Shown here in pieces: positions 26,954 through 39,208 of a stretch of 64,000 nucleotides of DNA. Origin of the DNA: Macrostomum lignano (taxonomy: Eukaryota); the NCBI GenBank assembly GCA_002269645.1, contig NIVC01000037.1:992001-1056000 (forward strand), given 5' to 3'. The translations under genes and the position numbers were made by a program. The notes beneath the pieces were generated by a model. It did no database searches. It saw only the letters and a program-made list of their open reading frames with translations, and was not told the origin of the DNA. Each line of letters begins with the position of its first letter. Position 1 is the stretch's first letter.

Positions 26954-27984
26954 ACTGAGTGCTACTTTTTTGTTCATAAATGAAACCACAACTTTATGTT
27001 TATCGCACCGTAGACTGTCTTGCCATCGCCATCCCACAGCCGTGTCTACAGCTTGCATCTGGCACAAAACTCGAGAAATCAACAGGTAGGGCAACTATCA
27101 ATAAATGGTACCCTGGTATATATTCCCCATTTATACCAGTGCCCTAGACACTTGGTATTAACGGGGAAAATGTGATGTATCCACCACTTAAAAGTAGAAA
27201 CAGCGTAACAGGGAGAGCGGGGCCAAGGGGCGCTTAGCCTCCTTGCGGGGGTGTGGGGGCAGAGCCCCCACATTTAAGAACGCTAAGACAATTTATTAAA
27301 AATGATTTGATGTCTATGGTCTATAGCAGAATTTCAATACCATATTCTGCAGATTCAGACATGCGGTGAATGTGTCAGACAATTCTCTCTATGTAGCCAA
27401 GTGAGCAGTAAGAAACGGCGTTATAATATTGTCTTTAGGCGAGTGAAAAAAAAGTTAATTTGCACCGATGCAAATAAATGAAATTTACACGGAGACCATA
27501 GACGTTCGCTTGGGGCAAGTGGGGGATACATTTCCATAAATTCACTTATTTCATATTCAGCATGATTTCTGCAGTGATTCTATAAGTAGTCAATTGCGCA
27601 CATCTTTTACTAAGATGAATGCAAAGTAAAGAAAATCTTAAACTATGATTTACAAATATTTTTCTCAGTCTGTACAATGGCGGAAAACATTTTTGTAAGT
27701 TTTGTATTTTTGTACATTGAAAAGCGGGCTTTGACACGGAAGCGCCAGCAAAAGCAACAGTTGCAAAAGAAACAAGCAAACGACAAAAACAAGCAAAAGA
27801 CAAAAACAATCAAAAGACAAAAACAAGCAAACGACAAAAACAGGCAGAAGACAAAAACAAGCAAAAGGCAAAAACAGGCAGAAGACAAAAACAAGCAAAA
27901 GACAAAAACAAGCAAAAGACAAAAACAAGCAAAAGACAAAAACAAGCAAAAGACAAAAACAAGCAAAAGACAAAAACAAGCAAC

Positions 27985-28677
27985 TCATGCTCGAGCTCGC
28001 CTGCACACCAGGTTGTGCTTCCTGGCGCTCCCGGCCCGAATGAAGACCCTGCCGCAGCTGCCGCAGCCGAAGGAGCGCCTGACACCGGCTAAGAGCAGCT
28101 GCTGGTTCACGTGACTGATCACGTGACGCTGCCGTTCTGACAGCTTCGGCGTCGGCCGAATCGGCCGCAGCGGCGGCAGCAGCACGGAGCAGTCGGCGCA
28201 GAGCTCGCAGTTCCCGTCGACGTCAACGTGGCGAGCGATGTGGCGCTGCAGCCGCGCCACGCTGGCCGCCACCGTCCCGGAGCAGCGAGGCAGCCAGCAG
28301 GTCAGGGAGCCGCGCTTTGAACCGCAGCTTCGCGGCGTCGGCGATGGCACCGGGAACGGCATCGGCGTTGACGCTGGCGGAGGCAGCTGGGATGTCGGAG
28401 GCATCGGCATTGTCGGAGGCGTCGGCATTGTCGGAGGCGTCGGCATTGTCGGAGGCATCGGCATTGTCGGGGACATCGGCGTGGGGAAGAATCGGGATGT
28501 CAACCAGGCCATTTGCGGTGATGAGCTCGGTGGCTTCATGAGGCATCGGGACGACAGCGAGCAGTTCATTGAGCCCGTCGGCGAGGACGACAGCGAGGCC
28601 ATCTGCGGGGACCTCAGCGAGGAAATCTGCGGGGACCTCAGCGAGGCCAGCAGCGGTGATGAGCTTGGCGGCTGCAT
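27985..28677 (-). CDS. Three-zinc-finger protein, copy 2 (230 aa)
   Basis: Same zinc-finger region as copy 1 with a shorter in-frame repeat tract. Confidence 0.7.
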   Translation of the reverse strand: MQPPSSSPLLASLRSPQISSLRSPQMASLSSSPTGSMNCSLSSRCLMKPPSSSPQMAWLTSRFFPTPMSPTMPMPPTMPTPPTMPTPPTMPMPPTSQLPPPASTPMPFPVPSPTPRSCGSKRGSLTCWLPRCSGTVAASVARLQRHIARHVDVDGNCELCADCSVLLPPLRPIRPTPKLSERQRHVISHVNQQLLLAGVRRSFGCGSCGRVFIRAGSARKHNLVCRRARA

Positions 28678-29364
28678 GACCGATTGTGCAGAGTTATTGA
28701 CGAGCAGCAGTTGGATGGCAAGCGAATGCTTTGAGAGATTTGAGGCCAGCAGCGCAGGCTGGTTATATAGTCTTTGTCTCACTGAGCCCCGCCTCATCTC
28801 CCGCCAATGGGAAGCTGAGCTCGGATTAGCTGGGCTATGATGGCCTCCTGTCATTGGCTGAGGCGGTCAATCACTCAGATATGTTGAGTTCATGCAATGC
28901 TGTCATATCGACTGCATCCGCTGTATGTTGTTGGGGTGAAATCGGGATGATTTTGGGATGATTTGGACTTTATTGTATTGATTTTTATTGTTAAACATTG
29001 CTGAAGTTGAGAAGGGAATAAAGTACTTGAATGAATGGGAGTTTGCTTCTCGCGTTTGAAGTCATCCCATCCCATCCAAATTCCTTCCGGATTTTCTTCG
29101 ATCCCTTCTTAGTGTCGTCTCCATGTCTCTCCTCTCTTTTCTCCTCTCTTCTCTCTATCCTCTCCTCTAACCTCTCCTCTCTCCTCTCCTCTAACCTCTC
29201 CTCTCTCCTCTCCTCTCTCCTCTCCTCTCTCCGCTCTTCTCTTCTCTCCTCGCTTATATTCTAACTTCCTCCTTACCTCTCTCCCTTTCTCTCTACCTCT
29301 TCCTTTCCTAACTCTCTCTTTTCTCCAGAACAAGATCGGGAACATAGCAGACGAAATCATCAAC

Positions 29365-29975
29365 CGGAGTGACAGGGTGGGAGAGTGACAGGGTGGGAGA
29401 GTGACAGGGTGGGAGAGTGACAGGGTGGGAGAGTGACAGGGTGGGAGAGTGACAGGGTGGGAGAGTGACAGGGTGGGAGAGTGACAGGGTGGGAGAGTGA
29501 CAGGGTGGGAGAGTGACAGGGTGGGAGAGTGACAGGGTGGGAGAGTGACAGGGTGGGAGAGTGACAGGGTGGGAGAGTGACAGGGTGGGAGAGTGACAGG
29601 GTGGAAGAGTGACAGGGTGGAAGAGTGACAGGGTGGGAGAGTGACAGGGTGGGAGAGTGACAGGGTGGGAGAGTGACAGGGTGGGAGAGTGACAGGGTGG
29701 GAGAGTGACAGGGTGGGAGAGTGACAGGGTGGGAGAGTGACAGGCTGGGAGAGTGACAGGGTGGGAGAGTGACAGGGTGGGAGAGTGACAGGGTGGGAGA
29801 GTGACAGGGTGGGAGAGTGACAGGGTGGGAGAGTGACAGGGTGGGAGAGTGACAGGGTGGGAGAGTGACAGGGTGGGAGAGTGACAGGGTGGGAGAGTGA
29901 CAGGGTGGGAGAGTGACAGGGTGGGAGAGTGACAGGGTGGGAGAGAGTGACAGGGTGAGAGAGTGACAGGGGGAG
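29365..29975. repeat. 16-bp minisatellite GAGTGACAGGGTGGGA
   Basis: Directly visible. Confidence 0.95.
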
Positions 29976-30355
29976 AGAGGAAAATCCAGGAGGCAGGGCA
30001 GAGAAGGGTAGGCAAAAGTGGATTTTGCGAGGCGGTTCATGAGTTGCTTTGTCAAATGCTGTGAAGTTCTCGTACTGCCAGCTTTCCAGTAACTGATAAT
30101 ACTCAGTCCCCATGAGATCCCCATCCCCATGAGCTGAATCCCCACTGCTGGCTGGTCCCCACTGAGTCAGTCAGTCACTCAGTCAGTGTGCAGAACTTAC
30201 AGAAGTGAGCTGAGATTATTAAAGGCAGAGAGAAGGCCATGGTTAGATGGGCAAGGCATGTAGCAGACCAGTTTGCTTACCAATCAATTTAATCAATTCA
30301 AATTTAATTTAATCAATTTGTGAAAATCTAACGCTAAAACGGCAGTCACCCGGCA

Positions 30356-30427
30356 GCCCCAGTGGCGCAATGGATAGCGCTTTGGTCTTTTAATCCGGAG
30401 GTTGAGGGTTCGAGTCGCTCCTGGGGT
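30356..30427 (+). pseudogene. Degenerate tRNA-Arg-derived gene with anticodon TTT (Lys), class C flank
   Basis: Arg body with anticodon arm TTGGT-CTTTTAA-TCCGG (T31-T39 mismatch), a T-stem mismatch (GAGGG/CGCTC) and no T4+ terminator nearby. Confidence 0.75.
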
Positions 30428-31528
30428 GAGTTAGTTAATTTCTGGTTAACTCCAGAGGTGAAGGTTCTCAGTAAATTGTGGTAAGAGAGTGACTTACTGA
30501 ATTCATAACTCTGCTGGTTAGTTCGTGAATTCATGAGTGAGTTCGATAGTGAGTTAATGAGTGAATGAGTGAGCGAGTGAGTGAGTGAGTGACCCTCTCT
30601 ACTCTCTCCACTCTCCACTTCCTCTCAAACCTCTAGCATTTCCGGTCTCTACTTTACCTTCTGCCCTCTGACCTCCGCGATCCGCCCCTCGAAATCTCTG
30701 TAATCAGACCTGCAAACCTCCCAAATCCGCCCCTCCGCCAAGAATCCGCCGAATTCCTCTTCTCTCCCGCGGCCTCAGCTCAGCCTTCTCACCCAATTCG
30801 AATCCCAAACCTCCTCGGGCCCGGCATGGCAACCCGGATCGCTCGAGTCGCTCCAGCAGCCGCAGCCATCTGGGCTGGCCGAGAGGCGACCGCGAATTCC
30901 CGCTCGAAAACCGCTTGGAAACCGCTTGGCAACGGACAGCTGTCTCTCCGGCTGAAGCCATCGGCCTCTCCAGCCCGCCGAGATTTCGAACTTTCGAGCT
31001 TTGAAGTCGAGCTTTCGAATCGGTTCGAAAATCCCAGAGCTGCCTTAGCAACCGCCGCAGGCGCACCTGTGGAGTCTCATCTCGACTGATTCTAAAAATA
31101 GCACAGATCGGCCAACAAGGAGTGCCAAGCCGAACTGGCCGAACTGCCCAGCGGGGGTGGGAATTCTCCGCCTTGGTAGCTCTACCACTGATATATTTGA
31201 GCTGCATGAAGGTGTGAAGGCGTAAAGCATAAGGTTGGGGCTTGTAGGCTTAACTCGCTGCCTTCGACGATGTGAAATTTGGTGTCATGAACCCTAACCG
31301 TTAGGGAAGGAAGAAAAGATTTTGAAACAAAAAAATTACCTTTAAGCAATTCACCTAAGAATTTCATGCAGTCTGCCAATCTTTGCCTCGCTAAAACTGT
31401 AAAATAATTTCCGAAATCCGCTTCTCAAATCGACAGCAAGTTTAGAAGCTCAAGATACTAAGATTTAGGCGTCCTAGATCTTCAGAAGTTGTTTTTCTTA
31501 TCCTTCCGTTTCAGTCCTGGCTTAATGC

Positions 31529-32310
31529 GACAATTATTACCATTGAGCCACAATTATTACCATTGAGCCACAATTATTACCATTGAGCCACAATTATTAC
31601 CATTGAGCCACAATTATTACCATTGAGCCACAATTATTACCATTGAGCCACAATTATTACCATTGAGCCACAATTATTACCATTGAGCCACAATTATTAC
31701 CATTGAGCCACAATTATTACCATTGAGCCACAATTATTACCATTGAGCCACAATTATTACCATTGAGCCACAATTATTACCATTGAGCCACAATTATTAC
31801 CATTGAGCCACAATTATTACCATTGAGCCACAATTATTACCATTGAGCCACAATTATTACCATTGAGCCACAATTATTACCATTGAGCCACAATTATTAC
31901 CATTGAGCCACAATTATTACCATTGAGCCACAATTATTACCATTGAGCCACAATTATTACCATTGAGCCACAATTATTACCATTGAGCCACAATTATTAC
32001 CATTGAGCCACAATTATTACCATTGAGCCACAATTATTACCATTGAGCCACAATTATTACCATTGAGCCACAATTATTACCATTGAGCCACAATTATTAC
32101 CATTGAGCCACAATTATTACCATTGAGCCACAATCAGTGCCAGTGAGCCACAATCAGTGCCAGTGAGCCACAATCAGTGCAAGTGAGCCACAATCAGTGC
32201 CAGTGAGCCACAATCAGTGCCAGTGACAGTGAGTCAAAATAAGTGCCAGTGAGCCACAATCAGTGCCAGTGAGCCACAATCAGTGCCAGTGAGTCACAAT
32301 CAGTGACAGT
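31529..32310. repeat. 20-bp minisatellite CAATTATTACCATTGAGCCA grading into the variant CAATCAGTGCCAGTGAGCCA
   Basis: About 30 perfect units followed by variant units. Confidence 0.95.
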
Positions 32311-32713
32311 GAGATGGGGATAAGGGGACTCGAAAGATACGAGTCGCAGACTCTTTTTAAATATGAATTCTTTCCCCCAGTTCCCTCTGTTGATCTTTTG
32401 CATGTTGGGCTGCTCTGATGGCAAGGCAAATTGCTTCTGTGCTTTTGCTCTCCCATCCTTTCGTAGGCTTTGGATCAGGGCCATGGATGTACAATACATG
32501 TACAAGATATATACAAGAACATGCGGTATCTCATCGTCTGCACCCCCTTCCCTGTTCACCTCTTAGTTTAGCAAGTTCGCCGCAGCAGGAAAAAGTTGCC
32601 GTCCAAGAAAAGAAGCCAAAGAGCAGAGTTAGCAGGAAACAAGCACTTGTCAAATGATTGATAAAATGCACTGTCTGTATTTCAGCATATATACATTATG
32701 CACATTGAGTCAA

Positions 32714-32881
32714 TCAGTGAATGAAGTGGCAGCAGTTACCGTACCGGCAAACTCCTTCGGCGCCATGGAAGGCGCGGCACGCCTCCGTCTTGTACAGCCG
32801 GTGACAGTCGGGCCGGCCTCGCAGCTCCTCGGGGCCGTGGGAGAACTGGCAGCGGCTGGCAAATGGGCAGGTGCCACTGAG
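32714..32881 (-). pseudogene. Orphan terminal exon of a TIS11/ZFP36-type tandem CCCH zinc-finger protein (55 aa; upstream exon not found)
   Basis: Translates as LSGTCPFASRCQFSHGPEELRGRPDCHRLYKTEACRAFHGAEGVCRYGNCCHFIH*, matching the TTP pattern C-x5-C-x3-H..GxxELR..YKTExC..C-x5-CHFIH. It is preceded by a CTAAT branch and CAG acceptor at 32882. Confidence 0.8.
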
Positions 32882-33184
32882 CTGCGGGTGTGCGGGGTGG
32901 ATTTTTATTATTAGAGGCAGGGGGTGTGTGCACCCTGGCGCACTTTAAGCGACATTGGCACACAACCGGCGAGAGGCATTACTGCCCATTCCGCCGACTC
33001 CCCTGAGCAGGCATACAAGCGCGCGAATACGTACGCAGGCACACACTCACACAGGAGTGTACAGCGGCCAAACTTTATTTTATCGTTAGGCATGTACACT
33101 TCACTGCGCCTTGGGGGGTCGGCTCACAAGGCCGTTAATTGCACGAGCAGAGCCGAGATTCCAATTCAGCCCCAAATTAATGTG

Positions 33185-33254
33185 ACTGCACTTGGAATCG
33201 AGCTTGGGTCGCTGGCACACCAGAGCCTGCGCTAGACCGCTGGGCTACGGCCCC
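33185..33254 (-). mobile_element. tRNA-derived SINE head or tRNA pseudogene
   Basis: GGGGCCG-TAGCCCAGCGG (A box) followed by AAGCTCGATTCC (degenerate B box) at tRNA-like spacing; no good cloverleaf. Confidence 0.45.
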
Positions 33255-33299
33255 GGTATTATGCTTTCAACACTCCCCTACTTCCACTCTCCCCCTGGA

Positions 33300-34815
33300 G
33301 AACTACAGAGGGGTGTCAGGATCTACAGAGGGGTCAGGATCTACAGAGGGGTGTCAGGATCTACACAGTGGTGTCAGGATCTACAGAGGGGTGTCAGGAT
33401 CTACAGAGGGGTGTCAGGATCTACAGAGGTGTGTCAGAAACTACACAGAGGTATCAGGATCTACAGAGGGGTGTCAGGATCTACACAGAGGTATCAGGAT
33501 CTACAGAGGGGTGTCAGGATCTACACAGAGGTATCAGGATCTACAGAGGGGTGTCAGGATCTACACAGAGGTATCAGGATCTACAGAGGGGTGTCAGGAT
33601 CTACAGAGGGGTATCAGGATCTACAGAGTGGTGTCAGGATCTACTGAGGGATGTCAGGATCTACAGAGTAATGTCAGGATCTGTAAAAGCTGTTTCAGTA
33701 TCTATCTAGGTGTCAGAATCTGTAGGGCGGTGTCAGGATTCATGGAGTATGCCCTAGTGTCAGTGTGTGTAAAAGGGATGGCAGGATATTCAGAAGTGTC
33801 AGGAACCCTATATAGAAAAATTCTAGGTCTCTTATAGGGTGTCAGGATCTATAGAGGGGCGTCAGTGTCAGGATCTACGGGGGAGTGCAGTTTCAGTAAA
33901 GGGCGCTCTTGTGTCAGTGCGCTCTTGTGTCAGTGCGCTCTTGTGTCAGTGCGCTCTTGTGTCAGTGCGCTCTTGTGTCAGTGCGCTCTTGTGTCAGTGC
34001 GCTCTTGTGTCAGTGCGCTCTTGTGTCAGTGCGCTCTTGTGTCAGTGCGCTCTTGTGTCAGTGCGCTCTTGTGTCAGTGCGCTCTTGTGTCAGTGCGCTC
34101 TTGTGTCAGTGCGCTCTTGTGTCAGTGTGCTCTTGTGTCAGTGCAGTGCGCTCTTGTGTCAGTGCGCTCTTGTGTCAGTGCGCTCTTGTGTCAGTGCGCT
34201 CTTGTGTCAGTGTGCTCTTGTGTCAGTGTGCTCTTGTGTCAGTGTGCTCTTGTGTCAGTGCAGTGCGCTCTTGTGTCAGTGCGCTCTTGTGTCAGTGTGC
34301 TCTTGTGTCAGTGCAGTGCGCTCTTGTGTCAGTGTGCTCTTGTGTCAGTGCAGTGCGCTCTTGTGTCAGTGCGCTCTTGTGTCAGTGTGCTCTTGTGTCA
34401 GTGTGCTCTTGTGTCAGTGCAGTGCGCTCTTGTGTCAGTGTGCTCTTGTGTCAGTGCAGTGCGCTCTTGTGTCAGTGCGCTCTTGTGTCAGTGTGCTCTT
34501 GTGTCAGTGTGCTCTTGTGTCAGTGCAGTGCGCTCTTGTGTCAGTGCGCTCTTGTGTCAGTGCGCTCTTGTGTCAGTGCGCTCTTGTGTCAGTGTGCTCT
34601 TGTGTCAGTGCAGTGCGCTCTTGTGTCACTGCGCTCTTGTGTCAGTGTGCTCTTGTGTCAGTGCAGTGTGCTCTTTTTGTGTCAGTGTGCTCTTGTGTCA
34701 GTGTGCTCTTGTGTCAGTGCGCTCTTTTTGTGTCAGTGTGCTCTTGTGTCAGTGCGCTCTTTTTGTGTCAGTGTGCTCTTGTGTCAGTGTGCTCTTGTGT
34801 CAGTGCGCTCTTGTG
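33300..34815. repeat. 21-bp (GGTGTCAGGATCTACAGAGGG, 33300-33680) and 16-bp (GTGTCAGTGCGCTCTT, 33905-34815) minisatellites
   Basis: Directly visible; both share the GTGTCAG core. Confidence 0.92.
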
Positions 34816-36834
34816 CTATTATCCTGAGTAAACGGTGTTTGGTGAACTTGCAATTGCATGAACAAGTGCAATCAGAAGGATGGTGAGAAAATATTCCTTG
34901 TTTGAGCAAACATTCAAGGCTCAGTATTTTGTGGTTGCCACTTGCATAGATTTCTAGCTCTCCTTGCATTGGGCAGCAGTTTCCCATGGGAATCCAGGCA
35001 CAACACAAAAGAGAGCACGAAAGCCTAAAAACCAAGAGAAGCGTGGGAGGGCAGCGGTTCACAGATCCTCCCAGATATTCCCCACCGCAGATTCCCACAC
35101 TCGGCTCCGAGCTGCGAACACGACAAGGCCTCCGCCAATGGCAGCAGCGCTGGGCAAAATCTCAAAGCCATAAATCACAGATTGCAGCCGCATTGAAAAA
35201 CCGTAAGCTCACATCTCACATCAGACTGAGCTTTGCTGTAGGGTGGTGCAGACTTTTAAATGCCTTATCCGCCCCTCGGACCTCAACCATCCGCCCTCTG
35301 ACCTCCGCCATCCACCTTTCTGACCTCCGCGATCCGCCCCTCGAAACCACTGCAATCCGCGCCTGCAAACCTCCGCAATCCGCCACTCCGCCAATCCGCT
35401 CATCCCCTGAAGATCCCGTCGAACCCTCCTCTCCCCCACGGCCTCAGCTCAGCCATCTCACCCAATTCGAATCCCAAACCTCCTCGGGCCCGGCATGGCA
35501 ACCCGGATCGCTCGAGTCGCTCCAGCAGCCGCAGCCACCTGGGCTGGCCGAGAGGCGACCGCGAATTCCCGCTCGGAAACCGCTTGGAAACCGCTTGGCA
35601 ACGGACAGCTGTTTCCGGCTGCAGCCATCGGCCTCTCCAGCCCGCCGAGATTTTGAGCTTTCGAGCTTTCGAATCGGTTAGAAAATCCCAGAGCTGCCTT
35701 AGCAACCGCCGCAGGCGCACCAGATTATATTGAACTGATGGACGGACTGGTTCTAAAAATAGCACAGACTTCGGCCGACAAGCTGGGCAGCGCAGGCCGC
35801 ACCTCAGCCCCATGCAGACCCAAATGGCTCTTGCTGTGCCCCATGAGTTCACTGACCCTGTGCCAATCAAACTGACGCTTTAGTTAATACATTTGAGCTG
35901 CATAAAGGTGTGAAGGCAATGGGCATAAAGCAAGGCATAACAATGGGTGAGATCGGTAGGGTGTGTTGGCGCACTGTCATTAGCACACTGAGCCCCGAGC
36001 TTAAGCCACAACCCGCCCAGTCACACACATCCGTGACTAAACTGATGCATCCCGGATCCCCATAAATTGTCAGGCGTTTCTGCTGCATTTCTTTCAATTC
36101 AACTGAAACAATATTGAAAATGATTATTGATAAGAGTTTCTGCTTTCACAAGCGCCGATGCTCATAGAATTTCCGAATATCTCAGTGCATGCAATCAGTG
36201 CCAAAGTAGCGGTACTTCCGTGTTTAACGAATGAGTCTGTCATCAATAAATCGAACGGATTCGAACTCAGGACGATGAACATATACACCAAAGCCATTAG
36301 ACTACTTTTTAACAGGTTCAGGCCAAATTAAAAGCGAAATACCAGCGTCTCTGATTAAGTGATGGATTGCAGATAATTGCAAAAGAAATATTTATTTATC
36401 GAAGTTTAAAGCAAAGATTAATTTGTTATTTACATTGTCTGGTGTAGATTTAGGCGTTCATTATTTGTAAATGCATTACAATTGAGAGTGCACAGCTGAG
36501 GTATTGAGAGAGCACAGCTGAGGGGGTATTGAGAGTGCACAGCTGAGGTATTGAGAGTGCACAGCTGAGGTATTGAGAGTGCACAGCTGAGGGGGTATTG
36601 AGAGAGCACAGCTGAGGGGGTATTGAGAGTGCACAGCTGGGGGGTATTGAGAGTGCACAGCTGAGGGGGTATTGAGAGTGCACAGCTGAGGGGGTATTAA
36701 GAGTGCACAGCTGAGGGGGTATTGAGAGTGCACAGCTGGGGGGTATTGAGAGTGCACAGCTGAGGGGGTATTGAGAGTGCACAGCTGAGGTATTGAGAGA
36801 GCACAGCTGAATGGGTATTGAGAGTGCACAGCTC

Positions 36835-37543
36835 TCACTGTCCCGTCTGCAGTCGGTGGCCGCAGCCGTGGCCGGTGCCCAGCGGGCAGTATTTCACGGT
36901 GTGGGCGCTGCCGCCGGTGGCGCCGCACAGCGGGCAGGTGAAGCGGCTGAGCACCGGGCAGACGACGCTGCCGTTGCCGTCCTTCAGGGTGTGGCCGCTG
37001 CTGAAGGCCTCCGGCTCGCCGTTCTTGCGGCAGAAGACGCAGAAGACGGGGCGCCGCGGCCGGCTGGCGTTCTTGGCGAGCGCGCTGCAGGGCGGTGTTG
37101 GGCAGCGGGGCGGCAGCGGGGCGGCAGCGGGCAGCGGGGCGGCAGCGGGCAGCGGGGCGGCAGCGGGCAGCGGGGCGGCAGCGGGCAGCGGGGCGGCAGC
37201 GGGCAGCGGGGCGGCAGCGGGCAGCAGGGCGGCAGCGGGCAGCGGGGCGGCAGCGGTCAGCGAGATGGCGGCGGGCTGGTGCTGCTGCTGGGTGTCAGCC
37301 TGCTGCCGCAGGTACTGCATGTACCGATTCTGCAGCTGCAGGATGTGCTTCACAATGTGGAGCGGTTCCTCGCCAGCTTCCTGCGGGCTGGGGAGAGCGG
37401 GGAAGTTTAGGATTTGGGATCCGTCACGGCGGCAGTGGGTCTATACTGCTGAGCTAAGTGGGTCTCAAAATATGCCCTGTGCTCAAAGCTGTTCTCAAAA
37501 CTCACCTCATGCCGATGAAGCTGCGACTCCCTGACGGTTGCAT
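36835..37543 (-). CDS. nanos: nanos copy 2 (predicted exons 37543-37506 and 37387-36835; 196 aa)
   Basis: Nanos tandem CCHC zinc finger. The GTGAGT donor (37505) and branch/pyrimidine/CAG acceptor (37388) join in frame, with an in-frame stop upstream of MQPSG. Confidence 0.88.
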
Positions 37544-37599
37544 TGATGAGGCAGAGAAGCTGGATGAAGCTGTAGACAGCCTGAGATCTGAGAAATTAT

Positions 37600-37700
37600 T
37601 CCCTCTAATATCCTGTGCAGCTCGCTGCAGTCCTCACGGCTGACCAATGGGGGCAGTTACTTCACCTGTGGCTGTGGGGCCGCCTGCCATTGGCTGACGA
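37600..37700 (-). promoter_or_regulatory. nanos core promoter candidate: opposed CCAAT pair and a TATA-like GATATTA (also at 57985-58034 and 24684-24734)
   Basis: TCAGCCAATGGCAGG at 37697-37683 and CCCATTGG at 37651-37644, the same layout as the zinc-finger gene promoter. Confidence 0.5.
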
Positions 37701-37964
37701 GCTTTCACTTTCGGTGGGTTGAGGGGAGGCCCGACAGCCAGCACTGGAATGGAGCGAGCACTGGAGACATGGGAAGTCACGGACCAGCCCAGGCCAGCTT
37801 GTTTCCAAGAAACAGCTTGGAGAGATTAGCGGAGAAAACCGCACTGTCTGCACGAAATTGTCATTCATTTTCCTCATTAGCAGGACCAATTTTCCCAATC
37901 TTGGTCTCGTTTCGACCGATCCGAATTCCATGCGGGGCTCGAGCAGCGTCAAGGGAGATTGAGA

Positions 37965-39050
37965 GAGAAGTGTCAGAGGAGCGGATTGAGGAGTGTCAGA
38001 GGAGCGGATTGAGGAGTGTCAGAGGAGCGGATTGGGGAGTGTCAGAGGAGCGGATTGAGGAGTGTCAGAGGAGCGGATTGAGGAGTGTCAGAGGAGCGGA
38101 TTGAGGAGTGTCAGAGGAGCGGATTGAGGAGTGTCAGAGGAGCGGATTGAGGAGTGTCAGAGGAGCGGATTGAGGAGTGTCAGAGAGGGGGCGGATTATA
38201 TATTTTACGATTGCATAAATAAAGTACTGATACAATGTAAGGTATATATTGCAAAAATAAAAAGCATTAGTACGAGCGTAGTATCAATGTTAATTGTATG
38301 GTAAACTTGCGAATCGAAATCATGACGTTGGATGAGCTCACTTAGGGTACAAATCATAAACAACCAGATCCTGCGCTGCATCGCCCAGACTCAAGTAGCG
38401 TTAAAAATTTTATTTAAGTCAAACAACCCGATGACGTCACGGAGCTGAACTCAAAGGGTGCAACATGAATCCCCTTGACCCCACTGACTCCCCTTGATCA
38501 CACTGACTCCCCTTGACCCCACTGACTCCCCCTGACCCCTGTGACTCCCCTCGACCCCACTGAGTCCCCTTGATCACAATGACTCCTCTTGATCCCACTG
38601 ACTCCCCTTGATCCCACTGACTCGCCTTGATCACACTTAGTCCTCTTGATCCCACTGACTCCCCCTGACCCCTGTGACTCCCATTGACCCCACTCACTCC
38701 CCTTGATCAAACTGACTCTCCCTTGACCCACTGACTCCCCTTGATCACACTGAGTCGCCTTGATCACACTGACTTACCTCGACCCCACTGAGTCCCCTTG
38801 ACCCCACTGACTCCCTTTGACCCCACTGAGTCCCCTTGACCCACTGAGTCAACTTGACTCCACTGACTCCACCTGACCCCATTGACTCCACCTGACCCCA
38901 CTGACTCCACTTGACCCCACTGACTCCTATTGACCAATGTGACTCCCCTTGATCACACTGAGTCGCCTTGATCACACCGATTCCTGTTGACCCCAACTAC
39001 TCCCCTTGACCCCACAGACTCCCCTTGACCCCACAGACTCCCCTCATGAA
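37965..39050. repeat. 23-bp (37965-38195) and ~19-bp (38468-39050) minisatellites upstream of nanos (also at 58305-58445 and 58720-59330)
   Basis: Directly visible. Confidence 0.88.
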
Positions 39051-39208
39051 CCCACTCGTGAACTCATGAGCTTCTCACATATCTAGTAATATTTCAGGAA
39101 TTCAAAGCTGAAGTCCGTTTCCTACCAATATGTACGATTTACCACAATTAAATCAAAACTCATAGCTAAAATCATATTTATTTCTCCGTTGCGAAAATTC
39201 CATATCAC

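Noticed and set aside
31529-32135. Regular 20-bp array as a possible CRISPR
   Set aside because: There are no unique spacers or cas genes, and the context is eukaryotic.
34880-34960. Possible decayed first CCCH exon (minus strand, HK..TEP*MFAQT)
   Set aside because: It needs a frameshift and a stop and has no donor site, so it is too weak to call.
36245-36310. A-box/B-box-like pair on the minus strand (TAGTCTAATGG...GAGTTCGAATCC)
   Set aside because: The spacing is about 7 nt too short, there is no cloverleaf, and the A-box is absent in the 23.6-kb paralogue.
37662-37952. Upstream ORF as an extra nanos exon or NOT1-interacting motif
   Set aside because: The candidate donor and acceptors do not match in phase, there is no convincing FxxWxDYLGL-like motif, and the region carries the CCAAT promoter boxes.
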